From Tubiluchus corallicola (taxonomy: Eukaryota > Animalia > Priapulida): a DNA stretch of 43,584 nt. The stretch is taken from contig JAQGDQ010001380.1 of NCBI GenBank assembly GCA_030141605.1, positions 1-43,584 of the forward strand, read 5' to 3'. Of this stretch, positions 1-12,043 are shown piece after piece. A model generated the notes under the pieces. It saw nothing but the letters and a program-made list of their open reading frames with translations. It was not told the origin of the DNA and did not search any database. Position 1 is the stretch's first letter, and every line of letters starts with the position of its first letter. Made by a program: the position numbers and the translations under genes.

Positions 1-573
1 GAAATAAACTTTTTGTGAGCTAATGATATTTGTAAAAAAAATTGTGTAAAATTTCACGCAACAGCAAACCACGCTTTGCAGTAACAAAGGATTGCCATGG
101 CAATTGTGACACGCATCTGCTATGTCCATTGTCCTGCCGTATCTTCTAAAATCACACTGCCGGAATGCGGATTGCTAAAGTTGGCATTGCTCTTGTGAAT
201 GAGCAATTTCTTTATCTGCCATCTAGGGGAGAATGTCTGTAATTGCACTACTTGTAATTGTATGTAAAGTGGTGCCATCTCAAAGCAATAAATACAACTG
301 TATTCTATAATAACTGTATGGAGTAATAAGCAAGAAAACTTTTTGTGATTGTCACTGTATGAGCCATCACTGGATGAAAACTCCATTTTGCTTGAATTTT
401 TTCTGGTCATGTTACATGTAGGGGTCCGAATAAAAAGTTTTGTTAGTATTAACTCTGACAGCAATTAAAAGTAAACATAATACATGTGTATAATTATAAT
501 TACAACGTTAAATAAAATTTAGCCAAAGCCACTAAAACGGGAAGAATTGGCATTAAGTATGTGGGATTTGAAC

Positions 574-1004
574 CAGGGGCGGAACTAGGGGGGGCGCCCC
601 CTTGTCAAAATTTGCGCCCTCCCCTGCAAAATCGGACAAATATTTTTTTGCAGTGAAAATTGCAGTTCGCATGTAATCATTTTCTATATGAATTAGAATT
701 AGGTAAAAAAATGTTTGGTAGCTTCAGTGTATTATTTTCTCAAAACTTGTGTGTGATAAATTTCTGTAAATAACAATTTAGTTAGAGGCACATTAATAAC
801 GTTAGGTTAACTGAGAGTTAATTTTCTCATTATTGCTTTGTCTGCTACGCCGTCCTACACACACGCTAATTAGGCCTGCATGCAGTATAAAAGGGGTTAA
901 AATTGGCTTAACCATTATTTAACCACTTCGGATACCTCGCCCCCCCCCCCAGAAGAAAATTTTTGCGCCCCCCCCCCTGCTTGCCACATCTAGTTCCGGC
1001 CCTG
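574..1004. mobile_element. hAT-type MITE
   Basis: 15-bp TIRs CAGGGGCGGAACTAG / CTAGTTCCGGCCCTG (1 mismatch) and a perfect 8-bp TSD ATTTGAAC at 566-573 and 1005-1012; no ORF. Confidence 0.9.
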
Positions 1005-1237
1005 ATTTGAACCACACAAACACATAAAAGGCCATGCTTTTATATTCTGCCATCTTTCAGTTGCATATCAGATACACTGTCCTGGTTCAAACCTGAACTT
1101 GTCACAACACTTCATTCTTCAATCTAGTCAATTTCCTTTTGTTTTAAATGAATAAAATAGTTTATTCTCCAGTAGGAAAACAAAGCTGCATTTAAAAAGC
1201 ATACGCAAGAAAAGATTACATTTAATGCTAAGCACAT

Positions 1238-1643
1238 AACAACAACAACAATAATAATAATAATAATGTAGTCCATAGATATGCTGTTGTAAGTAGGGAA
1301 AAGGTTTCTGATCTTGCCAAGAGAGAGAGAGAGAGAGTTCGGTGTCTGTCTGCTTGTTTTGTTTGATGTACTGGAAATTAATATGATTAATGTTTATGAC
1401 TAATTACAGTTTGTTGGTATTTACTATTCAGCGTGGTTGTTGAATGGTCTGTCTAGAGAGCTTTGACATGCTCTTTCATTAACACGGTCCTGACAAATAG
1501 CGAGGTTGAAACAACATAGAGTTGTGTTTTATAACACGGAATTGAGTAACGACTACAGTTAGGACAGTGTGACGAGATGGCCATGGGTAACAACAACAAC
1601 AACAATAATAATAATAATAATAACAACATTAACAATAATAATA
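1238..1643. repeat. Microsatellites: (AAC)n(AAT)n at ~1238-1266 and ~1588-1643; (GA)n at ~1320-1336
   Basis: Directly visible simple repeats. Confidence 0.85.
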
Positions 1644-2466
1644 ACAAAAAGCAGGAACAAACAAAGATCATCAGAAAAGTAGACTAGATCAGAGTCAATA
1701 ATATTTAAATTCAATAGCAGTTTCACTTGAGGCACAATAATGCTAGCAGCACTAAGCATTTTCAGAGTTCCAGCAACTGATGATCATGAAAAGGTCAAAG
1801 GTTAAAAGTACTAGACATTGCATTTGTGTACACTTGACAACACCTTGCAGTCCATGCTACTGTAATAGTATGACGAGTTCTAGGGTATAATTAAGCTAAC
1901 GAGTAGATTGCTTTAACTTAATAGAAAAATACAACTTTGTTCAAGTTTTAGTCCAACGAAAAACGTCAACTGAAACTCTGACAAAATAACCACGCAATGC
2001 CCGAAATCTTTTGCATTATATCGCTTATAAAAATATGCGTTGCTTACCACAAAATACGAAACGAAACACAACATAGTAACAGTTTTAACAGATAGCTAGA
2101 ACCTTACCTAGTTCATTTTTTCTTGTTCTCAAGAAAGATCCTGTTATTAAATCACTCTGTGCACAGACTAGTGTATAATTAAGAAAAATACACTTAACAC
2201 AACTGAAGTTACTGAATTGATGCGCCAGATGTGATATGCCGACTTATGAACGATTTTGCTTTACAGGCACCATAAATTACATATGAAACACAAAAAGAGA
2301 AAGATGGTAATGCAATAAAAGCAATAATAACAACAACAGCAAAAAGTGTTATAAAAATCAGAGGATTACGATCTACTATACATAACTTACAGTTTAATGT
2401 AAAACACAAATAAAAATAAATAACTGCTGCTCATTAAAACATTTTTATGTTGGAAGATATCTAGAC

Positions 2467-2784
2467 CTAACCAAACCCTAACCATTCGTTAAATCGTTCG
2501 TTCCAATGATATAGTCTTGTAAATAATGTGGGACGATGAGTAAATTCTACACTAGATGGCGCTGCATCTAGTTCTGAGTCGGGTTCTCCGATAGTAAAAT
2601 ACGACGTGATTACGCCGCGACACATGGGACACTTGTCCAACCGAGGGAAGCAGCCGGAGCAGATGCAGGCGTGTCGGCATGGCAACAGTGCAAACGACGT
2701 CGGAGACTGCTGGCAGACAACGCAGGTTCCATGCGCAGAAGGTAAGGAGTCTGAGAGGTTGTCATTGTCAGCCATAAATAGTTG
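2467..2784 (-). CDS. CGRRF1: CGRRF1 exon 6 (last), C3HC4 RING domain
   Basis: TTCCAG acceptor, phase 0; QLFMAD...CVVCQ..ALLPCRHACICSGCFPRLDKCPMCRG; TAG stop at 2467-2469. Confidence 0.9.
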   Translation of the reverse strand, partial: QLFMADNDNLSDSLPSAHGTCVVCQQSPTSFALLPCRHACICSGCFPRLDKCPMCRGVITSYFTIGEPDSELDAAPSSVEFTHRPTLFTRLYHWNERFNEWLGFG

Positions 2785-2876
2785 CTGGAAAAAAAGAAGA
2801 AAGAACAATAATTAAAACGAGATGCATACTAGTCAAGCGATGACAGCCCCCCTTTTTACATGCTGACCAAAGTTAA

Positions 2877-3494
2877 AGCAAAACTGGGCTCAATCTTAAA
2901 CTGTAGGTCAAAGCAATCTATTCTCTAAAATATTGAAAGGAAACAACCTGTTTTTTTCAAAAATGACTTACGTAAAACAATTATTAGGAAGCAAACACAA
3001 TTTCACATTCGCGCCACTAGTTCTTCGTTGTTACACGCATTTGGCCATTCGCAAGTTAGCCGGCCACTAGCACCTGCATTTCGAAAACGCGTTGCACAGA
3101 AAACAGGTGCTGTACCTCTCAGTTTAGACGTGATAGTTTGTGACAATCTACACACGTTCGACAGTTCATGCGTGAGCACAGGGGTAAATTTGAAATTTGA
3201 ATTTTTATCTTAAAACTTGCCTAGTTTTAGCACAACACACTGAATATCTTACAGTAGCACTGTACTTCAATTTTCGTTTTTGCAAACACAAGCAACACGC
3301 TCGTGGAACATTTTTTCTGTTGAAATATATGTTAGTTTGTGATGTCATCACTAATTGGGCTCGCCCGCCATCAAATAAGTTTTTAACCTATTATTTAATT
3401 ATCAGAAACTCTTGCAGTATTAATTGCGTTAAAATGTATACTTTTTATCGGATTTGAAAACGGGTTAGTAGATGAAAAATCATCCTGTCTTCCT
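2877..3494. mobile_element. TTAA-flanked non-autonomous DNA transposon (Kolobok-like termini), family A
   Basis: TTAA|AGCAAAAC...GTCTTCCT|TTAA; full homologous copy at 37169-37790, partial copies at ~5015-5322 and ~13310-13510. Confidence 0.7.
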
Positions 3495-4074
3495 TTAAGA
3501 TTACTGACAAGGTTGGCAAATGAATAGCAAGATAAGCCAGTTCAAAACTCCCTCTAGGCAATTTCATCAGCCATACTGATTCTGTCTGTTTACCTCCAAG
3601 TGGGAGGACGTAATCACATTCAAACAATGCTAAGACACCTCTGCAGGCCAAGCATCACATTTTAGAGAGCTAATCTTGATAATAGGTCAAATTTAAGGTC
3701 CACCCTGAGGACCGAAGTTATCTGTACCTGCTGCTGCATCCCCGACTCTGGGATGCCAATGTGTCAATTGTATAATGTGCCAATCAAATTTTCAATATGC
3801 AGTAAAACTTGTTTACAATTGCAGTACTTGTTTCTAGCATGAAAAATGGGTACACTGTTATCAAATTAGATTTCCAGTATTTTCTGAACACTTTCTTCAT
3901 AATTTAATGTTAGAATATAAAAGTTTGTAATAAATTTAGCATTTGTTTTTATCAAAAACAAAAAAATGACATTTGGCCATATTTTCCGTGCATTCTACTT
4001 TGAAGCTTCATAACGTAGTTTTAACTTTATCAACTAATGGATGGTTTTGGTTTGGAAACCCACATTTAGTAACA

Positions 4075-4622
4075 TATGTGTGCTTGCACACCAAACCGTG
4101 CATAAGTCGGCATAGCTAAAACCACGTTATGATGCTTCAAAGTTGAATGCACCTAAAATTTGGTCAAATGTCGATTTTTTTGTTTTTAATAAAAACAAAT
4201 GCTAAATATATTGGACTTTAATATTTTCAAACTCTGATTGAAGCTCGTGGAAGCAGCCATTTTGCTTCGGGTTTTTCTGCTGACAGATCTTCGTCAGGAA
4301 GAGCCATCTACTGGATTTAAACATAACTTCAATGTGTTTTTGCAAAGTCCATAGCAACCAACATTTGTACAGTTGTTGAGTGTTTTGTAGAAATGGGACA
4401 AAAAACTAGGGCTGACTTTAACAGTGATTTTCTCAAGATTATGTTTTTCTGTGCGTAGCCTGCACCTCAACTTCAATGTGGATTATCTCAACTTAGAAAT
4501 AACAGAGAACAATGAACTTGGTATCAAAATGATCCTCATGAAATGGAGATTCAGGATATGTGAATAACTAGAAAAGGTTTATTTCCGACTTATGGACGAC
4601 TTTGCTATGCAAGCACAAATAT
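4075..4622. mobile_element. MITE family B with ~37-bp imperfect TIRs
   Basis: ATATGTGTGCTTGCACACCAAACCGTGCATAAGTCGG ... CCGACTTATGGACGACTTTGCTATGCAAGCACAAATAT; an adjacent partial copy at ~3820-4070 and several more copies in PGGHG introns. Confidence 0.8.
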
Positions 4623-4630
4623 GACATTAC

Positions 4631-4738
4631 CTGCAGTGTATAAACATGTCCATCAAAAGTTTTCACAAACTGCCCGTAGATGGCGGTGGGCTCATGACAC
4701 ACGGAATCCTTGAGGTGTATCACATAAATGGATGCAAC
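4631..4738 (-). CDS. CGRRF1: CGRRF1 exon 5
   Basis: AG|GTT...CAG|GTAATG, 108 nt, phase 0/0; VASIYVIHLKDSVCHEPTAIYGQFVKTFDGHVYTLQ resembles the conserved CGRRF1 segment before the RING. Confidence 0.85.
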
Positions 4739-5014
4739 CTTAAAAGAATTAAATATAATTAGCTTAGCACTATAAGATCACACAGAAAGGCTTATAAAGC
4801 TGGGTTTATTTTCTGCAGATAGTAGCATAAAAAGGTCATTACACAAAATTATGTATTAACACACTACAAGCAGTTGGAATGCGCAATTATTTCTGAAATC
4901 TTATTCACTAATCTTTGCTATGTACAAAAAAAGAGTTATTTGACCCAAACTATGTTTATAATTACAGTTGAATCTCTTGGAGTAAAGGAATTTGGCATTA
5001 AAACACGAGAAAGC

Positions 5015-5322
5015 ACAGTAAATTTGAAATTCGTATCTTGAAACTCGCCTAGTTTTAGTACAACAACTGAATATCTTACAGTAGCACTGTACTTCAATTT
5101 TCTCTTTCGCAAAGACGTGCAGCACACTCATGGAATATTTTTGCTGTTGAAAATTATGTTAGTTGATGATGTCATCAATAGTTGGGCTCGCCCAGCGTTA
5201 ATTAAGCTTTTAATATATTACATAATTATCAGAAACTGCGATACTAATCGTGTTAAAATGTATACTTTTTATCAGATTTCAGAATGGGGTAGTGCATGAA
5301 AAAATCATCCTGTCTTCCTGTA
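5015..5322. mobile_element. Partial copy of family A element
   Basis: Homologous to 3185-3494. Confidence 0.7.
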
Positions 5323-5397
5323 AGTAATCAATATAAGACATCAAGAAAAATACGGCATAAAATGGTTTTTCTTAAACCTTTCCTGTTTATACATTGG

Positions 5398-6360
5398 TAT
5401 TTTATTTATTTATTTATTAAATATATCCTCAATGATCAATACAGCATTGTACATAAAAGTATTTAATAATATATTTATTATTATGTACACAAGATGCCAA
5501 GCCGCATATGACTTGTGGGGTACTCAAGAAGTAATTACTTGTTTATAGCACCCCAAATGAATGTGGACTGAGTGTAATAGAAAAGAGCAGTAAAGGAGTA
5601 GAAGGAAAGGTTAATAGAGAAGAGAAAGAAAGAGAAAGATGTGATGGTATCTGTATGAAGTAATGAATGTGGATTGAGTGTAATAGAAAAGAGCAGTAAA
5701 GGAGTAGAAGGAAAGGTTAATAGAGAATAGAAAGAAAGAGAAAGATGTGATGGTATCTGTATGAAGTAATGAATGAAGTAATGAATGTGGATTGAGTGTA
5801 ATAGAAAAGAGCAGTAAAGGAGTAGAAGGAAAGGTTAATAGAGAATAGAAAGAAAGAGAAAGATGTGATGGTATCTGTATGAAGTAATGAATGTATGGAT
5901 TGAGTGTAGTAGAAAAGAGCAGTAAAGGAGTAGAAGGAAAGGTTAATAGAGAATAGAAAGAAAGAGAAAGATGTGATGGTATCTGTATGAAGTAATGAAT
6001 GTGGATTGAGTGTAGTAGAAAAGAGCAGTAAAGGAGTAGAAGGAAAGGTTAATAGAGAATAGAAAGAAAGAGAAAGATGTGATGGTATCTGTATGAAGTA
6101 ACGTGTACTATAGAAATATAAAAATTGACATAGCCAGCAACACAATGGATTCCGACAGGGACAGCAGCGTAATTAATCAAATTGATTTATTCTGTATAAT
6201 TAGAAAAGATTTCACTTTTGAAATTTCTTTTGAAGTTATTTATAGATAAAGAATTTTTTATGTATTCGTTGCTGTTATTCCAAAGTCTAGGGCCAGTGTT
6301 AGTGATGAAGTGCCTTGCCGCGTCAGTCCTGCAATATTTAACACGAATGTGGTAAATAGA
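5398..6360 (-). mobile_element. 5'-truncated LINE (CR1/L2-like) 3' end
   Basis: Minus-strand peptide FITNTGPRLWNNSNEYIKNSLSINNFKRNFKS is typical of a CR1/L2-clade ORF2 C-terminus; (TAAA)n-like tail at ~5400-5418. Confidence 0.55.
5558..6100. repeat. Purine-rich tandem repeat, ~106-bp unit x ~5
   Basis: Unit ATGAATGTGGATTGAGTGTAATAGAAAAGAGC...GGTATCTGTATGAAGTA repeated. Confidence 0.9.
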
Positions 6361-6495
6361 CACCAATACATAAACAACATGGATCATGGAAGAACATAAC
6401 CGCAAAGTGAAACAATACAGTAACGTTTGTTCTACAGTTCTATATAGGATACAAGAAGATACCAGTATGCAAAAATCATGAAATAAAGAACTTAC

Positions 6496-6682
6496 AATGT
6501 AATTATGATGGGAATCACAGCCGTTGTCATCGCTGTCATCATTAACATTCACACCGCATTTGTCCTCATAGATAACTACAACAAGAGGGTATCGCTGACG
6601 TGGTTTAGACAAACCGAGATCTGCATCAGTGATCTTAATGTGTGGGCAAAGGGTTACGATGGCGTCTTTACAGGGTTCTAAC
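6496..6682 (-). CDS. CGRRF1: CGRRF1 exon 4
   Basis: TTTTGCAG|G...ATT|GTAAGT, 187 nt, phase 2/0; contains DLGLSKPRQRYPLVVVI, a conserved CGRRF1-like motif. Confidence 0.85.
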
Positions 6683-6791
6683 CTGCAAAAAGATTTTGAA
6701 AAATATAAAGAAGGTCAGAAATGAAAATTCAGCAAAATAATTTTAGAAAACTATAAACAATGTTGAGTGTTTAACGATGTTCCTTGTGGTA

Positions 6792-7090
6792 TATGTCTCA
6801 TCTTCTCGTGTCTGTCTCTCATCTCCTCGTGTCTGTCTCATCTCCTCGTGTCTGTCTCAGCTCCTCGTGGTGTCTGTCTCATTTTCTTGTGTCTGTCTCA
6901 TCTCCTCGTGTCTGTCTCAGCTTCTTGTGTCTGTCTAAGCTCCTTGTGGTGTCTGTCTCATCTATCAGTGTCTGTTTAACTTCTGTAACTGTTTCAACTC
7001 TTAGTCTGTCTCATCTCTTAGTGTCTGTCTCACCTCTTGGTGTCTGTCTCACATCTTATTGTCTGTCTGCCATCTTGGTGTCTACCTCAC
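6792..7090. repeat. Degenerate ~19-21-bp minisatellite (GTGTCTGTCTCATCTCCTC)
   Basis: Visible tandem units. Confidence 0.85.
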
Positions 7091-7165
7091 CGTTTGTTTT
7101 ATATCTTGATTTTTGTCTCTTGACTTAAATTTCAGCACAAATTTTAGTTGTAGGTGTTAGTCAGT

Positions 7166-8086
7166 TACCTCATACATTCACCGATGTGTAGTGAACAGTA
7201 AGGTACCTACCTCATACATTCACCGATGTGTAGTGAACAGTAAGGTACCTACCTCATACATTCACCGATGTGTAGCGAACAATTTTAGTTGTAGGTGTTA
7301 GTCAGTTACCTCATACATTCACCGATGTGTAGTGAACAGTAAGGTACCTACCTCACACATTCACCGATGTGTAGCGAACAGTAAGGTACCTACTTCATTT
7401 CTTCACCAATGTGTAGCAAACAGTAAGGTACCTACCTCATACATTCACCGATGTGTAGTGAACAGTAAGGTACCTCCCTCATACATTCACCAATGTGTAG
7501 CGAACAGTAAGGTACCTACCTCACACATTCAATAATGTGTAGCGAACAGTAAGGTACCTACCTCATACATTCACCGACGTGTAGCGAACAGTAAGGTACC
7601 TCATACATTCACCAATGTGTAGTGAACAGTAAGGTACCTACCTCATACATTCACCGATGTGTAGTGAACTGTAAGGTACCTACCTCATACATTCACCGAT
7701 GTGTAGTGATCATTACAGCACTGTACATAAAAGTATTTAATAATATATTTATTATTATGTGCACAATCATACATTCACCGATGTGTAGTGAACAGTAAGG
7801 TACCTACCTCATACATTCACCGATGTGTAGCGAACAGTAAGGTACCTACCTCATACATTCACCGATGTGTAGTGAACAGTAGGGTACCTACCGCATACAT
7901 TCACCGATGTGTAGTGAATAGTAAGTTACCTACCGTATACATTCACCGATGTGTAGTGAACAGTAAGGTACCTACCTCATACATTCACCGATGTGTAGTG
8001 AACAGTAAGGTACCTACCTCATACATTCACCGATGTGTAGTGAACAGTAAGGTACCTACCTCATACATTCACCGATGTGTAGTGAA
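7166..8086. repeat. 42-bp minisatellite (~20 units) overlapping the CGRRF1 exon 3 donor
   Basis: Unit TACCTACCTCATACATTCACCGATGTGTAGTGAACAGTAAGG. Confidence 0.95.
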
Positions 8087-8234
8087 TAATCAGCAAACAG
8101 CACATTATTTTGTTCAGCATCATCACAGAGATCCTCCCACGATGAGTACAAACGATGATAAAATGGTTGCACAAGCACAGCCCAGTAAACTTCCAACTTA
8201 CATGCTTTACGACATGACAAGTTCACCTCCACAC
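8060..8234 (-). CDS. CGRRF1: CGRRF1 exon 3
   Basis: CTAG|GT GTG GAG...ATG AG|GTAGGT, 175 nt, phase 1/2 matching both neighbours; GVEVNLSCRKACKLEVYWAV. Confidence 0.8.
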
Positions 8235-9211
8235 CTAGTAGCAAAAGATAGAGAAAAAAATATATAGCATAATAGAGAAAGATAGAAGAATCAACCCTCG
8301 AGCCCCAAATGCGAATTTATTGCATTTTAATATACAATTAAAACTATTGAAATCACCACACAATATAAGCGCATAGAATGCTTTGCATTAAAAATGTAAA
8401 ATAAATTTAAATATTTTTATCTTTTGCCAAACGAACGTTGCTGCCAGCATATTTCAAAAATGATGTAAGGCGGTGTTTGCTGGGCAGCGTCAATGCCGTG
8501 AAGGTAAGGTGTGATGAAGGTATGCGTTGAGAAATTTCTACAGTTTGCTTTGAAGTTCCGTTATTCTAGCGTTGTATTTAACTGTGTTTATGTAAAAATT
8601 AGTCATTTGATTAATTACAAACAAAATTAAAGTGGTTACACAGCTTTAACCCATAGGATTGTACCGCAAAATGTGTAAGTAGTATACATTAATTGCATAA
8701 ATGTAATTAAAATACAGACTTTTGTTGACTTTTAGATACATATGCAAACTTGCGAGAATACATTAGGTACCGAGTGGGTTGCTCAGTATATTTAGGTACC
8801 GAGTGGGTTGCTCAGTATATACAGGTCGCTCTGTAAGTTAAAAAAGATTGCTGAAGCACCCGGTGGAATAGGTGTTTCTATTGCACGGAAACCAGACGCC
8901 ATTTTTCGTCTAAAACGAGAGCACCCAAGCGGAAGTGGCAGCAAATATAAATTTATTTTACTAATTACACGAGACGCTTATCACAATTTTGTTGCAGAAA
9001 CTTTCTAACATTTTCCTCAGATATTTAGAATAAGCTCAACTTCTCGAGAGACTTGGCATTTTGCTTTAAGTTTGTGTTCTCATGCCAAGGCACGAGCAAT
9101 ATCCAGTAGGGTAGCATATAAATGCTGCCTTATATATGTGCTGAAATATTTGTGTTGAAAAATATAGCAGAAAATAAAGAAGAGAGGTTAGTAGGAGGTC
9201 ATTGTAAACTA

Positions 9212-9753
9212 TATTGTTGACATGCTTCTGTCTCGGAAGACAATGGAGTGTGCGCCAATAGAGTCAGTTCTTGATCACATTGATGGAGCTGCAGCGTCGA
9301 TCCTTGAACCACTGGAGTGCCCTCTCCAGGGCGCACGCCTGGGCAAGGTGTATTGGAGATCCTGAGTTGCCCAGACAACAGGAACCCCCTCTCTTCCTCC
9401 CTGGTGTAGTCCAAAGGAAAGCGGAGCGATACGTTTGGCACTAGGTTGGCTGCAGGAGCTGCCGGAGTCAGTGAGCATGCTGCACTGATCCGCCTTTGGG
9501 GCTCCACTCCTGATTTGGAAGGTTTACTCCTCTACACATGGCCGTTGGGTCACTTGACCTCCTCTGCCCTCTAGCCGTTGGCTGCTTGTGCAGCTCCTCC
9601 GCCTAGTGTCGAGATACAGTGTGGGCATCCCGCAGGCCTACAGCACCTGGTATTCCCAGGCGGTCACCCATCCAAGTACCAACCGAGCTCTATGTTGCTT
9701 AACTTTGGCGATCAGACGAGAACCGGTGTTTTCAATGTGATATGGCCATAGAT
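9212..9753 (-). mobile_element. 5S rRNA-headed retro-insertion (SINE3-like), 542 bp
   Basis: 5S head at 9753->9635, GC-rich body, perfect 11-bp TSD ATTGTAAACTA at 9201-9211 and 9754-9764. Confidence 0.75.
9635..9753 (-). pseudogene. 5S rRNA-derived sequence (diverged, no oligo-T terminator)
   Basis: Reverse complement ATCTATGGCCATATCACATTGAAAACACCGGTTCTCGTCTGATC...GTACTTGGATGGGTGACCGCCTGGGAATACCAGGTGCTGTAGGC matches the metazoan 5S rRNA consensus over ~119 nt. Confidence 0.9.
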
Positions 9754-10793
9754 ATTGTAAACTAATACATGCGTCAAAGTGTTGAACAGGGCACTTTGGA
9801 TGTAAAGTAAGACAAGCTACATTTTATCTAACGGATGATCAACACAAAACAAGCTGTCAGTTACTCCCAAGTAATTTGTAACTTATCACAAGTAACACAT
9901 GACTTGTGACATACCACTATGTTAGGACGCAATTTAAAGGCACATACAACCCCAGCAGATATTGAAGTTTTTTTAATGCGTTCTGATGATTACACAAAGA
10001 ATTCATAATTATTATTAAACAAAAGAGATTTATAAATTATATAACTCACCTTTTTCTGGCAAATTTCGAACGCGAGCAGTGCCGTAAAGATCGCCGTATA
10101 TAGCGTTTTTGGCGCAAGTGAGCAATAGTACAGAATGACATACATAGTACAGAAAGCATCTTAGGTCACCTATGTTTGTTGACAGATCTTTGGTGACTGT
10201 ACTCATAACGTCATTCGTTTCATGCAGCAAAAAACGGTGATTCTTCAAATTTAATAGCGATGAAAACGAAGTGATAAAAAACCAAACAAACAAGTTTTAC
10301 TGTAAGTTTATAAAAACATATAAGTTTAATATTTGTAATGAGAGTAGGATTTTTAGCTGTAAAAGCTTATATTATATCGAGGGTTTACATTGATTTTAAG
10401 TGTATTTTTATGTAGAGTGTGACACATTACATCAACAAAGGTTGCTAGGTGAAAGACAATGGCACCCTAGCTTTATGGGATTGTTAGGAACTTTTCAAAA
10501 GTCATTGTGTTTAAACGTGGACACTACATTGTTACATTGTTGGAGAAAATTCTTTGCCATGCCATTGTTAGCAGTGAAGTGATTATTAGAAACCTCTGTT
10601 AAAGCTTTTAGTTGTGTTATTTCAAGAATCTTGAACAATTCTTGACAGTCAATAAAATGTTTTGCTACATTTAAGAATCCAAAGCTTTTTTTGAAGCAGC
10701 TGTTATTCAAAGAACTCTGAAGCTGGTACAGTTGAAGAAACTGTTACAGTTTCACAAAAGGAAACAAAGTTTTTGTTATACTGAAAGAAGAAT

Positions 10794-11427
10794 ATGAAGT
10801 TGCTGATCACAGCTGGAGTTTACCTAATAACTCTGTTCACAGTTGGTAAGGCGCAGTGCCCTTGTGATCCATCTTGGCAGTGCAACTGTTTCCCCATAGA
10901 AGTTACCACAGCGGACTTAAGCAAGAATAATCATACAAACTCACCAAGCACGTCTATCAACTGTCAAATGATTTGCTTGTGGAAACACCTGCCCCCAGCA
11001 AATGTGCAGAACCTCTCAAATACATTACCAAACGCCATTCGTGAACTCAAGGTTATGAACTACGCCAGAACTGAACTACCTGACAAATTTTTGACAGGAA
11101 AAATGATCGAGAAACTGATAATATTCGAGTCGAACGAGTTGAAACGCATAGGTGAAACCACGCTGGCAGCCGACGCCATTGGTGTATGTTTGTGGAACCT
11201 GGAAGAGCTAAGAGCAATTGCCTCTAGGGCCTTCCAAGGAATGAAACATTTGGAATACCTCCACATTATGCATTGTTGGAAACTAATATCAATTACAGAG
11301 CATTTATCTTTCATTCACAGTCCAAATTTACGCAACATTGCTATTGATGGAACATCTATAGAACGACTCCGAGAACCCAAACTACACAGCAGAGCACTGA
11401 ATAGAATTTTTATAATTTCTTTGACAG
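10794..11427 (+). CDS. Nested LRR-mucin surface protein paralog 1, exon 1 (signal peptide, LRRNT, ~5 LRRs)
   Basis: Signal MKLLITAGVYLITLFTVGKA, cap CPCDPSWQCNC, LxxLxLxx repeats; donor G|GTGACT, phase 1; lies in CGRRF1 intron 2 on the opposite strand. Confidence 0.85.
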
Positions 11428-11444
11428 GTGACTGGTAACAAAGC

Positions 11445-11730
11445 AACAGGAGAAAAGTCACAGAAATGTCACGATTTTGGCTAGGAAAAAAATCACAGGA
11501 GAAAGTGACAATTAATTTTGGTTGTGGTTAGGGTTATGGCAATTTATTTTTTCTTGAACCTTTTTCGCCTGTGACTTTTTTACCTGTGACTTTTTTATCT
11601 GTGACTTTTTAGCTGAATATTTTTATTTGTGACTTTTGTCTATGGCTTTTATACCTGAATATTTTTATTTGTGACTTTTCCTGTGACTTTCTTATCTGTG
11701 ACTTTTTACCTGTGATTTATTAGCTTGGAT
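11445..11730. repeat. Insertion with GTCAC/GTGAC inverted sub-repeats (MITE-like) just after the LRR1 donor
   Basis: GAAAAGTCACAG units on the left versus CTGTGACTTTT units on the right; a donor-like TTGACGGGTGA reappears at ~11735. Confidence 0.5.
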
Positions 11731-11762
11731 TCCCTTGACGGGTGAATTGCGATTAGACTAAA

Positions 11763-12043
11763 GGAGCATTCAGACTAGCGAGTTTTCTCAGCAACTAACT
11801 CACAAGTGCATTCAGACTAGAGAGCAAAGTTACTCTCGCTTACACTCACTTATCCATTCACTGCAAGAAGTGTCAAGAGTAACTCGCCAAAGCGTTCACA
11901 CCACGCAGTGAATCAACTCGCAGCAACTGTCGGAGAGTTTGCAATTTCTTGCCGACAGTACCTCGCAAAGGAGTAACTCACATTTGCGAGTTTGCTGTCA
12001 CAGAGAAAACATGCGACAGAAAACTGCCTGGTCTGAATGCACT
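11763..12043. mobile_element. MITE, PIF/Harbinger-like termini
   Basis: GGAGCATTCAGACTAGCGAGTTTTCT versus inverted AGAAAACTGCCTGGTCTGAATGCACT; superfamily assignment is tentative. Confidence 0.55.

Noticed and set aside
120-464. 114-aa minus-strand ORF
   Set aside because: No recognisable homology or consistent exon partners in the window
9199-9507. 102-aa ORF
   Set aside because: Lies in the GC-rich SINE3-like body and has no recognisable domain
9635-9753. Functional 5S rRNA gene
   Set aside because: Multiple substitutions relative to consensus, no T-run terminator, solitary, and TSD-flanked together with an unrelated body
10794-11427. Glycoprotein hormone receptor (LGR) call for the LRR genes
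   Set aside because: The LRRs show some resemblance, but there is no hinge or 7TM region; an LRRCT and mucin stalk follow instead
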